Below, one piece after another: positions 20,487 to 31,252 of a DNA stretch of 32,309 nucleotides. Location: assembly GCA_008369845.1 (NCBI GenBank), contig MRSU01006942.1, positions 1 through 32,309 on the forward strand, in the 5' to 3' direction. Source of the DNA: Trichomonas gallinae (lineage: Eukaryota). Position 1 is the first letter of the stretch; every line of letters starts with the position of its first letter. The translations under genes were made by a program, and so were the position numbers. The notes under the pieces were generated by a model. The model saw only the letters and a program-made list of their open reading frames with translations. It was not told where the DNA came from and did not search any database.

Positions 20487-20753
20487 GAATTCAATAGAAT
20501 GCAGCCATACAATAGAAGAATACTATTTGTCACTATTTCACATGATATAGCTCAAAACGTTCGATTCTGTTGATATACAACTCAACACGGATGAATAACA
20601 ATAATATGAGAAAGCAATTCACTTATATGTTGATGAAATATTATAGAAAATTACATATTAAAATGAAAATCAGTTAATCCAAGCATAATAATATTAATCG
20701 TTAAATAATAAAACAAAATATCATGAATAAAACTAAACCAAAAAATTTGATCC

Positions 20754-20874
20754 AAAAGTGACAATAAGGCATCCACTAAAAATTGACAATATTTAGATTA
20801 AAAGTGACAATAATTGAATTAAAAGTGACAAATAAAAGTGACTGTTAAATCCTAAAAGTGTCATAAAAGTGACA
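20754..20874 (+). promoter_or_regulatory. Array of AAAAGTGAC (M2-like) motifs upstream of CDC50
   Basis: Perfect copies start at 20754, 20800, 20821, 20834 and 20865. One-mismatch copies start at 20779 (AAAATTGAC) and 20854 (AAAAGTGTC). Confidence 0.7.
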
Positions 20875-20910
20875 TTGTTTGAATTATCACTCAATCTGTC
20901 AGATCCGATT

Positions 20911-20919
20911 TCACATTCA
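20911..20919 (+). promoter_or_regulatory. Inr-like element
   Basis: TCACATTCA lies directly before ATG 20920; another TCACT occurs at about 20887. Confidence 0.5.
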
Positions 20920-21882
20920 ATGACTGAATCCGTGGAAAATGTCGAAATTCCTTTCGCACACGATAAATTTAAGCAGCAGAAGGTTCCTGCACAGAAGCCT
21001 TTTCTGACTCCTTATCTTGCCGCTGTTATCTACGCTGTTTTCGCATTAATTTCATTAGTAATCGGTATAATCATTCAAGTTTCGAACGATAACGTATTTG
21101 AACAAGATATTAATTACAACTGTGGTGCAAATACAACAGAATGCGACGTTAAATTCACAATCCAGAAAGAAATTTCTGGAAATTTATTATTGTATTATCA
21201 ATTAAAGGATTTCTATCAGAACCACAAAGCTTATGCGCACTCTAAGAGCTGGAATATGCTCAAAGGCAAGGATTTTTCGTCCGAATTCAAGAAAACAAAA
21301 TGCCAGCCAAAAGCTGTTGGTCCAACTAATATCCCATGCGGTTCCTTGCCAATGACTGTCTTTAATGATACGTTTACAGTGACCTCTAAAAATATGACAC
21401 TCAGTGATAAAGATATAACTTTCAAAACTTACAAGAAAGTCTTCGCACATTCTAAGAACGTCTCAAATCCGGAATATAACTATTGGCTACGTGATCAATA
21501 TGCGGAAATGTTCCCAGGTGAGCAAGAAAATGAACATTTCATTAACTGGCTTCAAGTTGCCCCACTGAAGACGTTTAGGAAACTATTTGGCTTCATATCT
21601 CATAGTTCTGGTAAATTTGCGAAGGATACAGAAATTATTATTCATATTAAAGAAAATTATCCAATACATGACGCTGGATTCAAGAAATATCTTGTCATTG
21701 CACAAACAAACTTCCTTGGCGGCAAAAACAAGTTCTTTGGCATCTTTTTCATTGTTCTTGCATCTTTATCACTTGTCGCTGCAGCAATATTCGAAATATT
21801 GTATCTCACAAAGGCCCTTCCACTTTATAGATGTCTAAAAGTCAGCAATGAACGTAGTGAAATCGGTGCTGCTATTATCTAA
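20920..21882 (+). CDS. CDC50: CDC50/LEM3 family P4-ATPase (flippase) beta subunit
   Basis: FKQQKVPA, TM1, YYQLKDFYQNHKAY, PCGSL...FNDTF, NEHFINWLQVAPLKTFRKL, LGGKNKFFGI and TM2. The first ATG is at 20920; the track start at 20869 is a GTG inside the motif array. Confidence 0.93.
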   Translation: MTESVENVEIPFAHDKFKQQKVPAQKPFLTPYLAAVIYAVFALISLVIGIIIQVSNDNVFEQDINYNCGANTTECDVKFTIQKEISGNLLLYYQLKDFYQNHKAYAHSKSWNMLKGKDFSSEFKKTKCQPKAVGPTNIPCGSLPMTVFNDTFTVTSKNMTLSDKDITFKTYKKVFAHSKNVSNPEYNYWLRDQYAEMFPGEQENEHFINWLQVAPLKTFRKLFGFISHSSGKFAKDTEIIIHIKENYPIHDAGFKKYLVIAQTNFLGGKNKFFGIFFIVLASLSLVAAAIFEILYLTKALPLYRCLKVSNERSEIGAAII

Positions 21883-22243
21883 TTTTTTTTCGGTATTAAA
21901 CTCATTTGTATCATAATTTTCACTATTATTCGTGAATAATAATCTTTTATCAAACTTCTACCTCGAGAAAAACACAAAATAAAATTGTTTTAATTTTCAT
22001 TTTCCTGATTGATCAAGTACAAAGCTTTCAAAGTATAGTATATGCGGAGAATAACGTTTCCTCATTATTATATTACATAAATTTGAAATAATTTAAAAAA
22101 AATATTTCATGGAAATTGCATTAATTATTAATATAAATGAGAAACTTCTGTGGAGTTCTATTGATGGTTAAAAATTTTAGGCTTAAAGTTCAAAAAAATA
22201 TCAAATGTTTAATTGCATAGTAAAAAAAATAAGAATAATAAAC

Positions 22244-25200
22244 TTATTTGTTGTCATTTTCCGCCATTTCTTTCAATACTTGTTTGTAGTTAACATAGTT
22301 TCCAATGTTTTCATCGACTAAAATCTCTCCACCTTCTTTATAAATCTGCGCGACTTTAGCAGCCTCCATGACCTGGTGCGAGCGAGTGAATGGCTGAACT
22401 TGGATGTCCTTGATGGAGTTTCTCGATGCAATTGAGTTTTCGGTCATCCACAAGTCAGCATCAATTGGTGCCAATGGAATTGGTTCAGCGATCTCAACAT
22501 CACCAGACAACTGCTTGAATTCGCACTTTCCGATTTTCTCAATAATATTCGTCCATTTAACTCTGTCGACGACACTGTATTTGTGTGATTGGACTTCGCC
22601 GCTCTTTGTGCTGGTCTGTGCATTCCTTAAGAATGTCTCCTGAACGAGGACTGCTTCTGTCGAAGAAACTCTTGTTGAGAATTCGACAATTTGAGAGAAT
22701 GGAGCAGCTGCTGCAGGAACCTGAGCTGACTCAATGATGCATCTGACAACATTGAAGACTGCATCAATCATGTCTGGCGCTGAGTGAGTAACCAAAGACA
22801 TAAGGAGAGGTGCAGCATCAAGGACAGCTTGAGAATTGACTGAGCACAAATTCATCGAGATTCCAAGAATGAATGCGAATGGTGATGTGCCCTGTGGTGC
22901 GCCGAATGTTGCGTAAACATACTGCTGGAGTTCTGGCTTGAAGGCCTTGCACTGTGTGATGAGCATCAACGATTCTAATGTGCTGGAAATCTCCTGGTCG
23001 TCAGATACAATATTTGTGTACGGCTGCATGTTTTGTAATGCTGAGAACATCTTAAAGATTGTCGGGAGGAACAAAACCAAGAGTGTTACAGGGAGGTTAG
23101 GATCCTCTTTGTCCTTCAAGCGGTTGTAAATGGCAAGCATTAAGCCGATCAATGATTCCTGGCGAGAAAGTGAGCCGAAGAGTGGCGCGATTGATGTAAC
23201 TGTGTCCTCCAACATTTCCTGTGATAAATCGCTGAACAAAATAAATTTGGCGAAAATGGCAAGTGCAGCAATGCAGAGGCCTTCTTCCTCTGGGTATTTG
23301 ATGAGAGGATGGACAACCTCTGCGATCTTCTGCATAACAGGAGCGAATTCTTTGTCTTCTGCCTTCAAGTCAACGATGCCTTCCAAGGCCTTTAGGATCG
23401 AAGAAATATAGAAGCGGCGTGTCTCGTTTGGAGCAACAGATACAACAACCTTGAATGATGAAATCAAGTTTTGTACAAGATCAGCATTCAATGGATCTAA
23501 GATTTCTGAATACAAAAGTGCAGCACGACCAGCAATCAAAAGATCACCGCATCCGCAGGCCCACTTGAGAGCTTCTAGACCCCAGTTCTCTGCCTGCTCT
23601 GACCTGTTGTGCTTGCGGAGGAAGAATGCGAACTGGTGTGCGAAGTCGACAATTGATGTTGCTTCCTTGCGGTACTGCCTCAAAGTGAACGAGCTTGTTG
23701 CATCATCCCTCATGTCCTTTTCTGTGAACTCGACGCCTGGAGCACGTGCCCAGATCAACGAGCAAGGCGGAAGGAAGATCTGCGTCAAAGATTCGGGGCA
23801 TTGTGGTGTTGACCAAAGGATGATGAGCATGAGCTCTGAAATCAAAGCTGGTTCGAGATGGAAGAATAATAAGCAGAAGTTGATGATGATGTGCATGTGC
23901 GGAGATACGTCAGTTGGATAAGCCTGAGAAAGATCTGTCAATGTCTTTAAGATTGCGATGTATGACTGTGATTCTCTCATTGGTGGTGGAGACTCAGGAC
24001 CTACTCTGCCCTGTAATGTGTTGTTCCACCATGATGCAAATGTCAATTCTCTAACGAGCTCTTCAATGATAAGTTTCGCGTGGTGCTTAGCTAAATGCAA
24101 GATAACAACCTTAACTGACTTCTCATTGATAACATCCTCTGCTGCCTGAATCAAGAAGTGGACAATCAATATAGAGTTCTTGTCGTTGTTTGCCAAGCCG
24201 TTCCACAGTCCGAGATAATGGGACTGAGAGTTCTGCTCGATTGACGGAAGAATGTCGAGGACTGAGCTCAACAATGTATAAGGCGTGTAAAGAACGAAGC
24301 AAGAAGGCCAGTTGTTGACTGTGTCGAGTCTCAAGTTCTTCATGAAGCATGAAGTGATCTGCAGAAGCATAGCTTTAGTTGACTGGTTCATGAAGGAGCC
24401 TTTAGCGCTTGTTGTTATCTGCGCGAAAACTTCCTGGATCAAAACTTCGGTGATTTGTGGCAAGTAAGAGGCAAACAGCTCAGCAACTGTCATGATGATG
24501 TCGGATGTGATCGAAACGTGTGTTGAGAAGAAAGATGGAGCGAGCATGTTTAGCTTCTTGACGAATTGAGCAGTAAGATTATCATCCTTGTTCAATATGT
24601 GGCAAACTGTTGGAGCGATTCTCTGAAGGAACTTGAATGAGATTGATCTGAGCACGAAATCTTCATGCAACAAGTAAATCAAGCTGATTGGGACGAACTT
24701 GCCAGTCATTTCAGCGAAGTTCTTGTTCCTCTTCATGTCGAGGTCACTAAGAGAGCTTGTCAAGTCGAATGCTGCGATAGTTCTTAATCTAGTCATCCTC
24801 TTCAAGCCTGGAGAAACAGACAAGAAGGAGCTTGTTCTCGACGACAAACTCATTGGTGCCATCTTTTCGTTGTTCTGGTCAACGAGGACCTTTCTGATGT
24901 CAGTGCTAGATGTTGTGAACTGCAGGCAGACTGCTTTGAAGAAGAGAGGAGCAAGTTCTGGTGGAGCGTTGTATGCATAGCTCAAGAAGACAGGAAGCAT
25001 GTATTCGTAGTGTGTTGATAATATGTATTGGAGCACTGAGTGTCCTTCCTTCTCGAGATTGATGATGATCTGCTCGAGATCGTTAGTCATGTTGTATGAT
25101 TCGTTGAATATAGTAATAACTCTGATGAAGGCGATGATGGCCAATGACGCAGCGGTTGACAAATCGAAGAATTCAGCGCTGTCGCTTTCTGACAATTTGC

Positions 25201-28200
25201 CCCAGTTTACGAGGAAAGCGAGTGTTATTCTTCTCTGCGAGTCAGGCCAGTCCTTTCCGCTGAGCCATGGATTTGGCTCCGGCATCCTGATGGCGCCGTC
25301 AGCTGGATAGAGCTTGAGTGGTGAAAGAGCGCTGAGGAAGAAGTTGACGACTTTGCAATAACCGATGCAAACATTCTTGCGACTCTTAAGCTCGGGCTCA
25401 TTCATCTCGCCGACATTTGTGAATCTTCTTGATCCGTTGATCTTGTTTTCGAGGAAATAAGCTTCGGCTGCCCTGAAATACTTAGCGAATGCAAGCTTGG
25501 CTGCATCTTTTGCTGCTAAAGCTAATGTCATGTTTGGATTCTCGACGATCAATCCCATGATCTCTGTGATATACTTAAGAAGTCTTGGATTCGATGAGAC
25601 TGGATTGTTTTCGATGAAGTTGCCGAGGTTTGGAAGCAAGTCGCAAAGGATTGTCCAGTGTATGTGCTTGAAGAATGCAACGGAGTTGACAATCCTGTTC
25701 GGATGCTCTGGGTCATCTTCAAGGAAGATAACAATTAACTTCGCATAATCGATTGTCTTCTTTCTGCTGTCTAACATCTCTTTGAGGATCTTCTCGTTCG
25801 TTGTGCTGAATATGACTGGGTTCCTGTAGTTTGCAACGCACTGTCCTTCGTTCATTTCACTACTCATCTTGTTGTAAACATCTTGGGACAAAACTGGAGT
25901 AGAATGTGTCAAAACAGTCAAAAGATTCTGATATAATATCATCTGTGTTGACGGCAAATCGCATGGTGGTGTATCTTTCTTGAATGACTCGATGGCCTCG
26001 TAGATAATAGAGTATGTCCTGGCGAGTACTGGAGCGCAGTTTGGCTTGTGTAACGCGCACATGGCTTCTTCGATGTAGAACTGGAATAATTTGTCGAATC
26101 TTGATGTGGCGACTTCTCCGAATGTGCACAAGTTGTCTGTTGGAGGTGGAGTGTCGAGCCTGCTTGTGTTGTGTACATAGATATGTCCTCTAACTGCAGC
26201 AGAAATTAAAGAAGAGTTGTCGTTGAGTGTATCGAATATTGGGACTTCGACATCCATGTTTGAAGCGAATCTCTGCAGCCTTTCCACGAAATTCAAGGCG
26301 AGTTCTCTGATTTCTACAATTGGATAGCACATCAAAAGCAGGAACAAACACTGTCCTTCTATAACGAAATTCTCTATCTGCTCTTGTGGTGCTGCTGGTG
26401 GCAGTGTCCAGTCAAGCAACCTCACCAAGAAGAGAAGCAAGATAAAGACATGATGTCTATCCTGGCATTTCGATAATTTCTTGATTAATGCGTTGTAGAT
26501 AATAATTCTTGATTGTTCATTTGTTACGAAAATCATGTTGATGACTCTCAATGCGTAGTATGAGATAGACCTTGAGGATGAAAGCGCTGTACAAAGTAAA
26601 TTGTCGATTCTGTCGTTGGCGGAAAGATCTGAAGTGTTGATAATGCGAGGAAGGAACGAAAGCATCTTGATTGTAAATAATTCTGACTCAGAAACTGTTT
26701 CGTATGTTGAAAAGTCGTTTGTCAAGTCATATCCGATCGAATCATCTGTAAATTCCCATTCTTGGAGAGCTTTTGTGACTGTCTCTGTGTTCTTGAGAAT
26801 CCTGCTCTTTGTCGACTCCGGAATTGGAGAAGTAGTGAAAGGAAGACTGAAAACAGGAACTTCTGTGGATTCGCTTAATTCGAAGCAATAAGCGTCGTTG
26901 GTGAATTCCTTGGGGACAATTTGATCAATAGACTTGAGAAGAAGTGTTTTAACTTGCATGAAAAATGTTTTGATATTCGCATCAACGCGGAATTTCTTGT
27001 TTAATGGTGAATTCTGGGCCCAGTCTGCGAACTTCAAGTGTGGATCAACTAATTGAGATAAACAAGCGTGTAATGAAAGAAGAGATCGATCTTCTCCGAG
27101 TTTAGAGATTAAAGTAGGAATTGTAGTGAGCATAAAGTACTTGAAATCACGAGACGCGAAGTTAACGAGAATATCTCCAACTAAATCTGGGAATTTTTCG
27201 ATTGGTGAATCATGAACGAAATGCTTGAAGAAAAGATTTGTGTATGACTCGCTTGAGTCTTGTTTCTGTAATGGTTCGTTAATAAATGAAATTTCTATAC
27301 CGTAATGTGCTTTTGCATTGTATGAGCCCCATTCCCAGAACTGTGTACTTCTAGACATATTTGGACCACGAATAATTGTTAAGAATGCGCATAATTTAGC
27401 TTCCAATTTGTTCAAACGCTCTTTCTTCTTGAGAATTCTTTCATGTAAGAAAACATCGAATTCTTTCTTATATAAATCTTCATGGCGAATAATTACAACG
27501 GCACAAAGCATGAGATACCATTTAACAGTCTCCTTGTCGCTTGCCATTGTATTTGCGACTTTGAATATCTTTTCGAGTGATCCTTTGATATTTGATACAG
27601 CCTCTGGCTTGATCTGAGTAAGCAGCGAGCACAGTGATTCGGCCCACATATCAAGGGATCTTCTATCTTTCTTGAGATGATCAGAATAATCAGCAAATTT
27701 ATCAACGAATGATTTGTACAATTCGAATGAAACGTCTTTGTCAACGCCAAGTCTTATATATCTGTTAAGTAATAATGCTAAGCCGATATCGTATTTTTCA
27801 AGGCCAGAATTGAATTTTTCGATGAGCTCTTTAAGATGCTCTGATGATAAGATGGAGAAAATGACTGAAAATTGCTTAACAATTTGAATACGCAACGGTT
27901 CTTCATATTCTTCAGTAAACTTCGAAGCCATTTTATATCCGATGAGAATAAGTGAGTGGGAGTAGACTGTTGATGGATCCTCAGTCAGAATCTGAGAAAC
28001 GCAGTCTGCGAAGAATAATGTTAAGAATAAGTCAAGTATATCTTCAAAATCTTGATCCATAGCAATTTTTGGAATGATACGGTTGTATAAATCGCATTTA
28101 GCTCTGATTGGAAGCAGTTTGAACAATACAGAAATCGCTGCATTCGGTGAGTTTCGTCCTACATCAACGAAATCGCTCACACACTTTGTATACGAGCTGT

Positions 28201-28387
28201 AGCTGTGTGGAAATCGTGTTAATAATGTTTGTAAAGCCGGAGTATTAAAATTTACTTTTCCGGACTTTCTCTCTACGGCAACAGACAAATCTCGTTCAAA
28301 CTTATTCGCAATACTGATCAACTGATCCTCTATGCTGGGGAAAATGGCAAGAAGAATGTCAGTTGAACTGAGAACTTGATTCTCCAT
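22244..28387 (-). CDS. Furry/Tao3/Mor2-like HEAT/ARM scaffold protein
   Basis: 2047-aa alpha-solenoid. WGLEALKWACGCGDLLIAGRAALLY resembles the Furry/MOR2-PAG1 C-terminal motif W-x-x-x-AL-x-WA-x-x-C...AGRS, and LWNGLANNDKNSILIVHFLI resembles the middle domain. Confidence 0.75.
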   Translation of the reverse strand: MENQVLSSTDILLAIFPSIEDQLISIANKFERDLSVAVERKSGKVNFNTPALQTLLTRFPHSYSSYTKCVSDFVDVGRNSPNAAISVLFKLLPIRAKCDLYNRIIPKIAMDQDFEDILDLFLTLFFADCVSQILTEDPSTVYSHSLILIGYKMASKFTEEYEEPLRIQIVKQFSVIFSILSSEHLKELIEKFNSGLEKYDIGLALLLNRYIRLGVDKDVSFELYKSFVDKFADYSDHLKKDRRSLDMWAESLCSLLTQIKPEAVSNIKGSLEKIFKVANTMASDKETVKWYLMLCAVVIIRHEDLYKKEFDVFLHERILKKKERLNKLEAKLCAFLTIIRGPNMSRSTQFWEWGSYNAKAHYGIEISFINEPLQKQDSSESYTNLFFKHFVHDSPIEKFPDLVGDILVNFASRDFKYFMLTTIPTLISKLGEDRSLLSLHACLSQLVDPHLKFADWAQNSPLNKKFRVDANIKTFFMQVKTLLLKSIDQIVPKEFTNDAYCFELSESTEVPVFSLPFTTSPIPESTKSRILKNTETVTKALQEWEFTDDSIGYDLTNDFSTYETVSESELFTIKMLSFLPRIINTSDLSANDRIDNLLCTALSSSRSISYYALRVINMIFVTNEQSRIIIYNALIKKLSKCQDRHHVFILLLFLVRLLDWTLPPAAPQEQIENFVIEGQCLFLLLMCYPIVEIRELALNFVERLQRFASNMDVEVPIFDTLNDNSSLISAAVRGHIYVHNTSRLDTPPPTDNLCTFGEVATSRFDKLFQFYIEEAMCALHKPNCAPVLARTYSIIYEAIESFKKDTPPCDLPSTQMILYQNLLTVLTHSTPVLSQDVYNKMSSEMNEGQCVANYRNPVIFSTTNEKILKEMLDSRKKTIDYAKLIVIFLEDDPEHPNRIVNSVAFFKHIHWTILCDLLPNLGNFIENNPVSSNPRLLKYITEIMGLIVENPNMTLALAAKDAAKLAFAKYFRAAEAYFLENKINGSRRFTNVGEMNEPELKSRKNVCIGYCKVVNFFLSALSPLKLYPADGAIRMPEPNPWLSGKDWPDSQRRITLAFLVNWGKLSESDSAEFFDLSTAASLAIIAFIRVITIFNESYNMTNDLEQIIINLEKEGHSVLQYILSTHYEYMLPVFLSYAYNAPPELAPLFFKAVCLQFTTSSTDIRKVLVDQNNEKMAPMSLSSRTSSFLSVSPGLKRMTRLRTIAAFDLTSSLSDLDMKRNKNFAEMTGKFVPISLIYLLHEDFVLRSISFKFLQRIAPTVCHILNKDDNLTAQFVKKLNMLAPSFFSTHVSITSDIIMTVAELFASYLPQITEVLIQEVFAQITTSAKGSFMNQSTKAMLLQITSCFMKNLRLDTVNNWPSCFVLYTPYTLLSSVLDILPSIEQNSQSHYLGLWNGLANNDKNSILIVHFLIQAAEDVINEKSVKVVILHLAKHHAKLIIEELVRELTFASWWNNTLQGRVGPESPPPMRESQSYIAILKTLTDLSQAYPTDVSPHMHIIINFCLLFFHLEPALISELMLIILWSTPQCPESLTQIFLPPCSLIWARAPGVEFTEKDMRDDATSSFTLRQYRKEATSIVDFAHQFAFFLRKHNRSEQAENWGLEALKWACGCGDLLIAGRAALLYSEILDPLNADLVQNLISSFKVVVSVAPNETRRFYISSILKALEGIVDLKAEDKEFAPVMQKIAEVVHPLIKYPEEEGLCIAALAIFAKFILFSDLSQEMLEDTVTSIAPLFGSLSRQESLIGLMLAIYNRLKDKEDPNLPVTLLVLFLPTIFKMFSALQNMQPYTNIVSDDQEISSTLESLMLITQCKAFKPELQQYVYATFGAPQGTSPFAFILGISMNLCSVNSQAVLDAAPLLMSLVTHSAPDMIDAVFNVVRCIIESAQVPAAAAPFSQIVEFSTRVSSTEAVLVQETFLRNAQTSTKSGEVQSHKYSVVDRVKWTNIIEKIGKCEFKQLSGDVEIAEPIPLAPIDADLWMTENSIASRNSIKDIQVQPFTRSHQVMEAAKVAQIYKEGGEILVDENIGNYVNYKQVLKEMAENDNK

Positions 28388-28499
28388 TTTTTTTTATTTT
28401 TATTTTTTATTTGATCGGATTTTTATTTGTTTTTTGATGTTTATTGATAATACTAAACATGACTATCACTTTTTCAATTTTTTTCAACGGAAAAAGTTG

Positions 28500-28930
28500 T
28501 TTTTTCGGCTTAACACCATCTTTAATATAATGCTTTTTATATGAATTATTAAATAAACTTTCCAAAAGTATACATTGTCGCTTAAAAAAATTCAAAATAT
28601 AATTTTGCAATCAAATCCATTTTTATTTATTGCAAAATAATACACTACTCCAATATTATTTTTTCATAGACTTAAAAATGATTTTTTGAAAATAATTTGT
28701 AATTTTTATTTGATTTGGTTTTTCGTCTCAAGAGCATTTATAATATAATACTTTTTGTCTATATTATTAAATAATTTTTCCAAAAGTATATATTATTGCT
28801 TTAAAAAGATTCATAAAATAATATTACAATTATATGCTTTTGTATATATTAAACAATAATACACTACTTCTTTACTAATGTTTCATAATATTAAATTTGA
28901 CTATTTGCTATTTAAATTTTATTTCAAAAT
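28500..28930. repeat. Diverged tandem duplication, two units of ~218 bp
   Basis: Collinear anchors: TCCAAAAGTATA at 28561 and 28779, and TACACTACT at 28641 and 28860. TAATATAAT, ATTATTAAATAA and TTTCATA blocks recur at the same offset. Boundaries are approximate. Confidence 0.75.
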
Positions 28931-29152
28931 AAAAAGTCAAAATTAATACTAAACATATAGTTGATTTTATTATCATCAACTTCATGGTAAATTTTGCGTC
29001 ATAGTTGTTTGAACATAACGATATATTTTTTTCGATATAAAATTCCATTTTAAAATAGATTGTAATATAAAATGAGAAAGAGCATCAGTTGATATAAAAC
29101 AATATCTAAATATTTTATAAAAACTACAAATAAAAAAATATAAATAATATAA

Positions 29153-31252
29153 TTAAACAGTTGGAGGTGAGTCACCTTCTTCCTCATTATTTTCCGCGCT
29201 AACACCAATCAATTTCGCAATGATGTTGTCACCAAGCCCGCCAAATTCCGCGCAAGCTTCTTTCAAATTCCTGTGGAGCTCTTCTGGGTCCATCTGGAGT
29301 TCGCACAAAGCGTTGTATATTGACGAAACGTCTTTATCTTCGAACGTGAAGTGTTCAACAGTTTCAAAAATTTGGCTGAGAACCTTTTCAGCGATCAACG
29401 CCGAAACTGCTGTCTCTATTGGAGGCGAAAACGCGCCTTCTGTGATGTTGGAAAGCACTAAAAGCGATGTTAAAGTGAAAATATCTGAATTTGGCTTCGA
29501 AACTTTCTGTATGATGTTCGAAGCTGCTGATACCTGCAATGTGATTGGATATCCGAGCGATGGAGTGTTGTCAATGAGGCAGTTATCGAAAACAACGCGA
29601 TATTTAATTCTATCTTCATCACTAACATCGAAATAGTCCCAAATTGACGTAACCAGCTTGCAGTACTGCGACAACAGCCAGTCAGTGTCAGCTTCTCTTG
29701 ACTTAGTTGTGGGAAAAGTGAAAGCAATGGCGCCGCAATCGAATTCGCACCAAGGAGCCATCGAAAAGCAGGTCTCATCCCATATGGAAGGCTGGTCCAG
29801 GATGGCGTGTGGATACTGGATAACATTGGTGAAAGAAACTGAAACAGATTTCGTCTCTTTTCCTTCAGTCAAGTATAGATATATAATTCCGCCTGTTGGA
29901 GAAGTCAGAGCCATCTTCTTCTGTGCCTGAGCTGTCCTGTAGATGACGGGCCAGCGGGGCCATGGGAAATCTGTCTGCAGCAGGTCTTCTGTGTGCGAGC
30001 CGATCTGTATTGTTACGTTTTTCCAGTCGTCGTTTTTGAACTCTATTTCCATACATATTCCTGGAAGAGCCCAGAGTCCTGTTGCGCTCCACGACTTCTC
30101 CTTGACGTCTAATGTGATATCGAATGAGCTTGTTTCTGTTTGCTCGATTGTTCCTGGAAATTCGTCGATATCTGGAAGCATGAGGCATTCGTGAGGATCT
30201 ATATTTTCCGTGATGCACAGCATGAGCTCAGCTATGCACCTCTGGACGTCTGTTTGGCAATAAGTCGAGCCTTTTCTGAATTTTGTTCGCTCGAGGTATC
30301 TATAGCAGGATCTGTAGCACGAGTGTACTTCACTTGGCGCGTACATTCCACAGGCAATCATGTGGAACTTGAGTATATCGATTTTGTCTTTAAATGAAGA
30401 ATCGTAATTAATATGTTGTCTTGTGGCGTTTTTAAACCTCTGAATTATCTTAACTAAAGAGTTCTCGCAAAGGGACTGGAAATCATTAGTAGTGTTTGTG
30501 CTTAAATAAGGAGTTTCAAAATCGACGGATATTGGAACATAGCACAATCCACATTTCGAAATGTAATCATTGACAATAAATAAGTCTGTTGGCTGTCCAG
30601 GATCGAAAAATATGGCAATTCCGGCTCCGTTGTTTAAATACGCGTTAACGGCATCAGCATAAGCATCGAGATTGAAAGAACTGGGAATCATTAAAAATTT
30701 GAATTCAGATAGATCATTTGGCATGTCGTTCGCGAATTCTATGTTAAATTGCATTTTCGAGAAAAATTTCGAGATGTGCGCGCATGTTTCTGTTCTAAAT
30801 CCAATTGCAAGGCCTTTCTGACTGTTTTTAGATGATCCACATAAGAAAGAAATCGAATTAAATAAAAATTTTTTTGTATCGCAGTGTTTGTAAATTTTTG
30901 ATTCAAAGTATGAGATTTGAGGGAAGCAGATGATTCTTGATCTGTTTTGGACATAGGCTGCCGCAGCAGGAAGCTTACAATTTGATTGAAGCGCGTTTTT
31001 CATCGGCATTTGCGCCAAAAAGATTGGAAATGAGTATTTCGAGAAGCATATGACCGGAGCCATGTTATTCGGGACCGCAATCGTATTTGTGCTTGTTAAA
31101 ATCTCATCGAAATATACCATATTAACCGTGTCGAAGTCCATTGACACGCGAGACTGGGACCGAGCAGCCGCCACAGGATCACTATTCAACTGGCTGACAC
31201 GTTTCTTATAAGTTCCCGTGTCCCCAGATGGTGATGATGATGAGCAGCCCAA
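29153..31252 (-). CDS. TCAF/FAM115-like M60-like (enhancin-related) protein lacking HExxH, with a TTG start or lost ATG
   Basis: WSATGLWALPG, IQIGSHTEDL, WPRWP, SPTGGIIYL, APWCEF, RVVFD and GYPI motifs, plus the TCAF-like N-domain KFLFNSISFLCG. The ORF opens at TTG-GGC-TGC; the first in-frame ATG is at 31141. Confidence 0.8.
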   Translation of the reverse strand: MGCSSSSPSGDTGTYKKRVSQLNSDPVAAARSQSRVSMDFDTVNMVYFDEILTSTNTIAVPNNMAPVICFSKYSFPIFLAQMPMKNALQSNCKLPAAAAYVQNRSRIICFPQISYFESKIYKHCDTKKFLFNSISFLCGSSKNSQKGLAIGFRTETCAHISKFFSKMQFNIEFANDMPNDLSEFKFLMIPSSFNLDAYADAVNAYLNNGAGIAIFFDPGQPTDLFIVNDYISKCGLCYVPISVDFETPYLSTNTTNDFQSLCENSLVKIIQRFKNATRQHINYDSSFKDKIDILKFHMIACGMYAPSEVHSCYRSCYRYLERTKFRKGSTYCQTDVQRCIAELMLCITENIDPHECLMLPDIDEFPGTIEQTETSSFDITLDVKEKSWSATGLWALPGICMEIEFKNDDWKNVTIQIGSHTEDLLQTDFPWPRWPVIYRTAQAQKKMALTSPTGGIIYLYLTEGKETKSVSVSFTNVIQYPHAILDQPSIWDETCFSMAPWCEFDCGAIAFTFPTTKSREADTDWLLSQYCKLVTSIWDYFDVSDEDRIKYRVVFDNCLIDNTPSLGYPITLQVSAASNIIQKVSKPNSDIFTLTSLLVLSNITEGAFSPPIETAVSALIAEKVLSQIFETVEHFTFEDKDVSSIYNALCELQMDPEELHRNLKEACAEFGGLGDNIIAKLIGVSAENNEEEGDSPPTV

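Noticed and set aside
20754..20874. CRISPR-like repeat-spacer array
   Set aside because: Repeats are only 9-10 bp with irregular spacers of about 1-15 bp, there are no cas genes and the context is eukaryotic. It is better explained as a promoter motif cluster.
16603..27750. Numerous 60-160 aa antisense or alternate-frame ORFs in the track
   Set aside because: They lie inside long, well-supported genes and are shadows of codon bias, with no recognisable motifs.
28407..28610. 67-aa ORF upstream of Furry
   Set aside because: TTG start, low-complexity AT-rich sequence, and it overlaps the tandem duplication.
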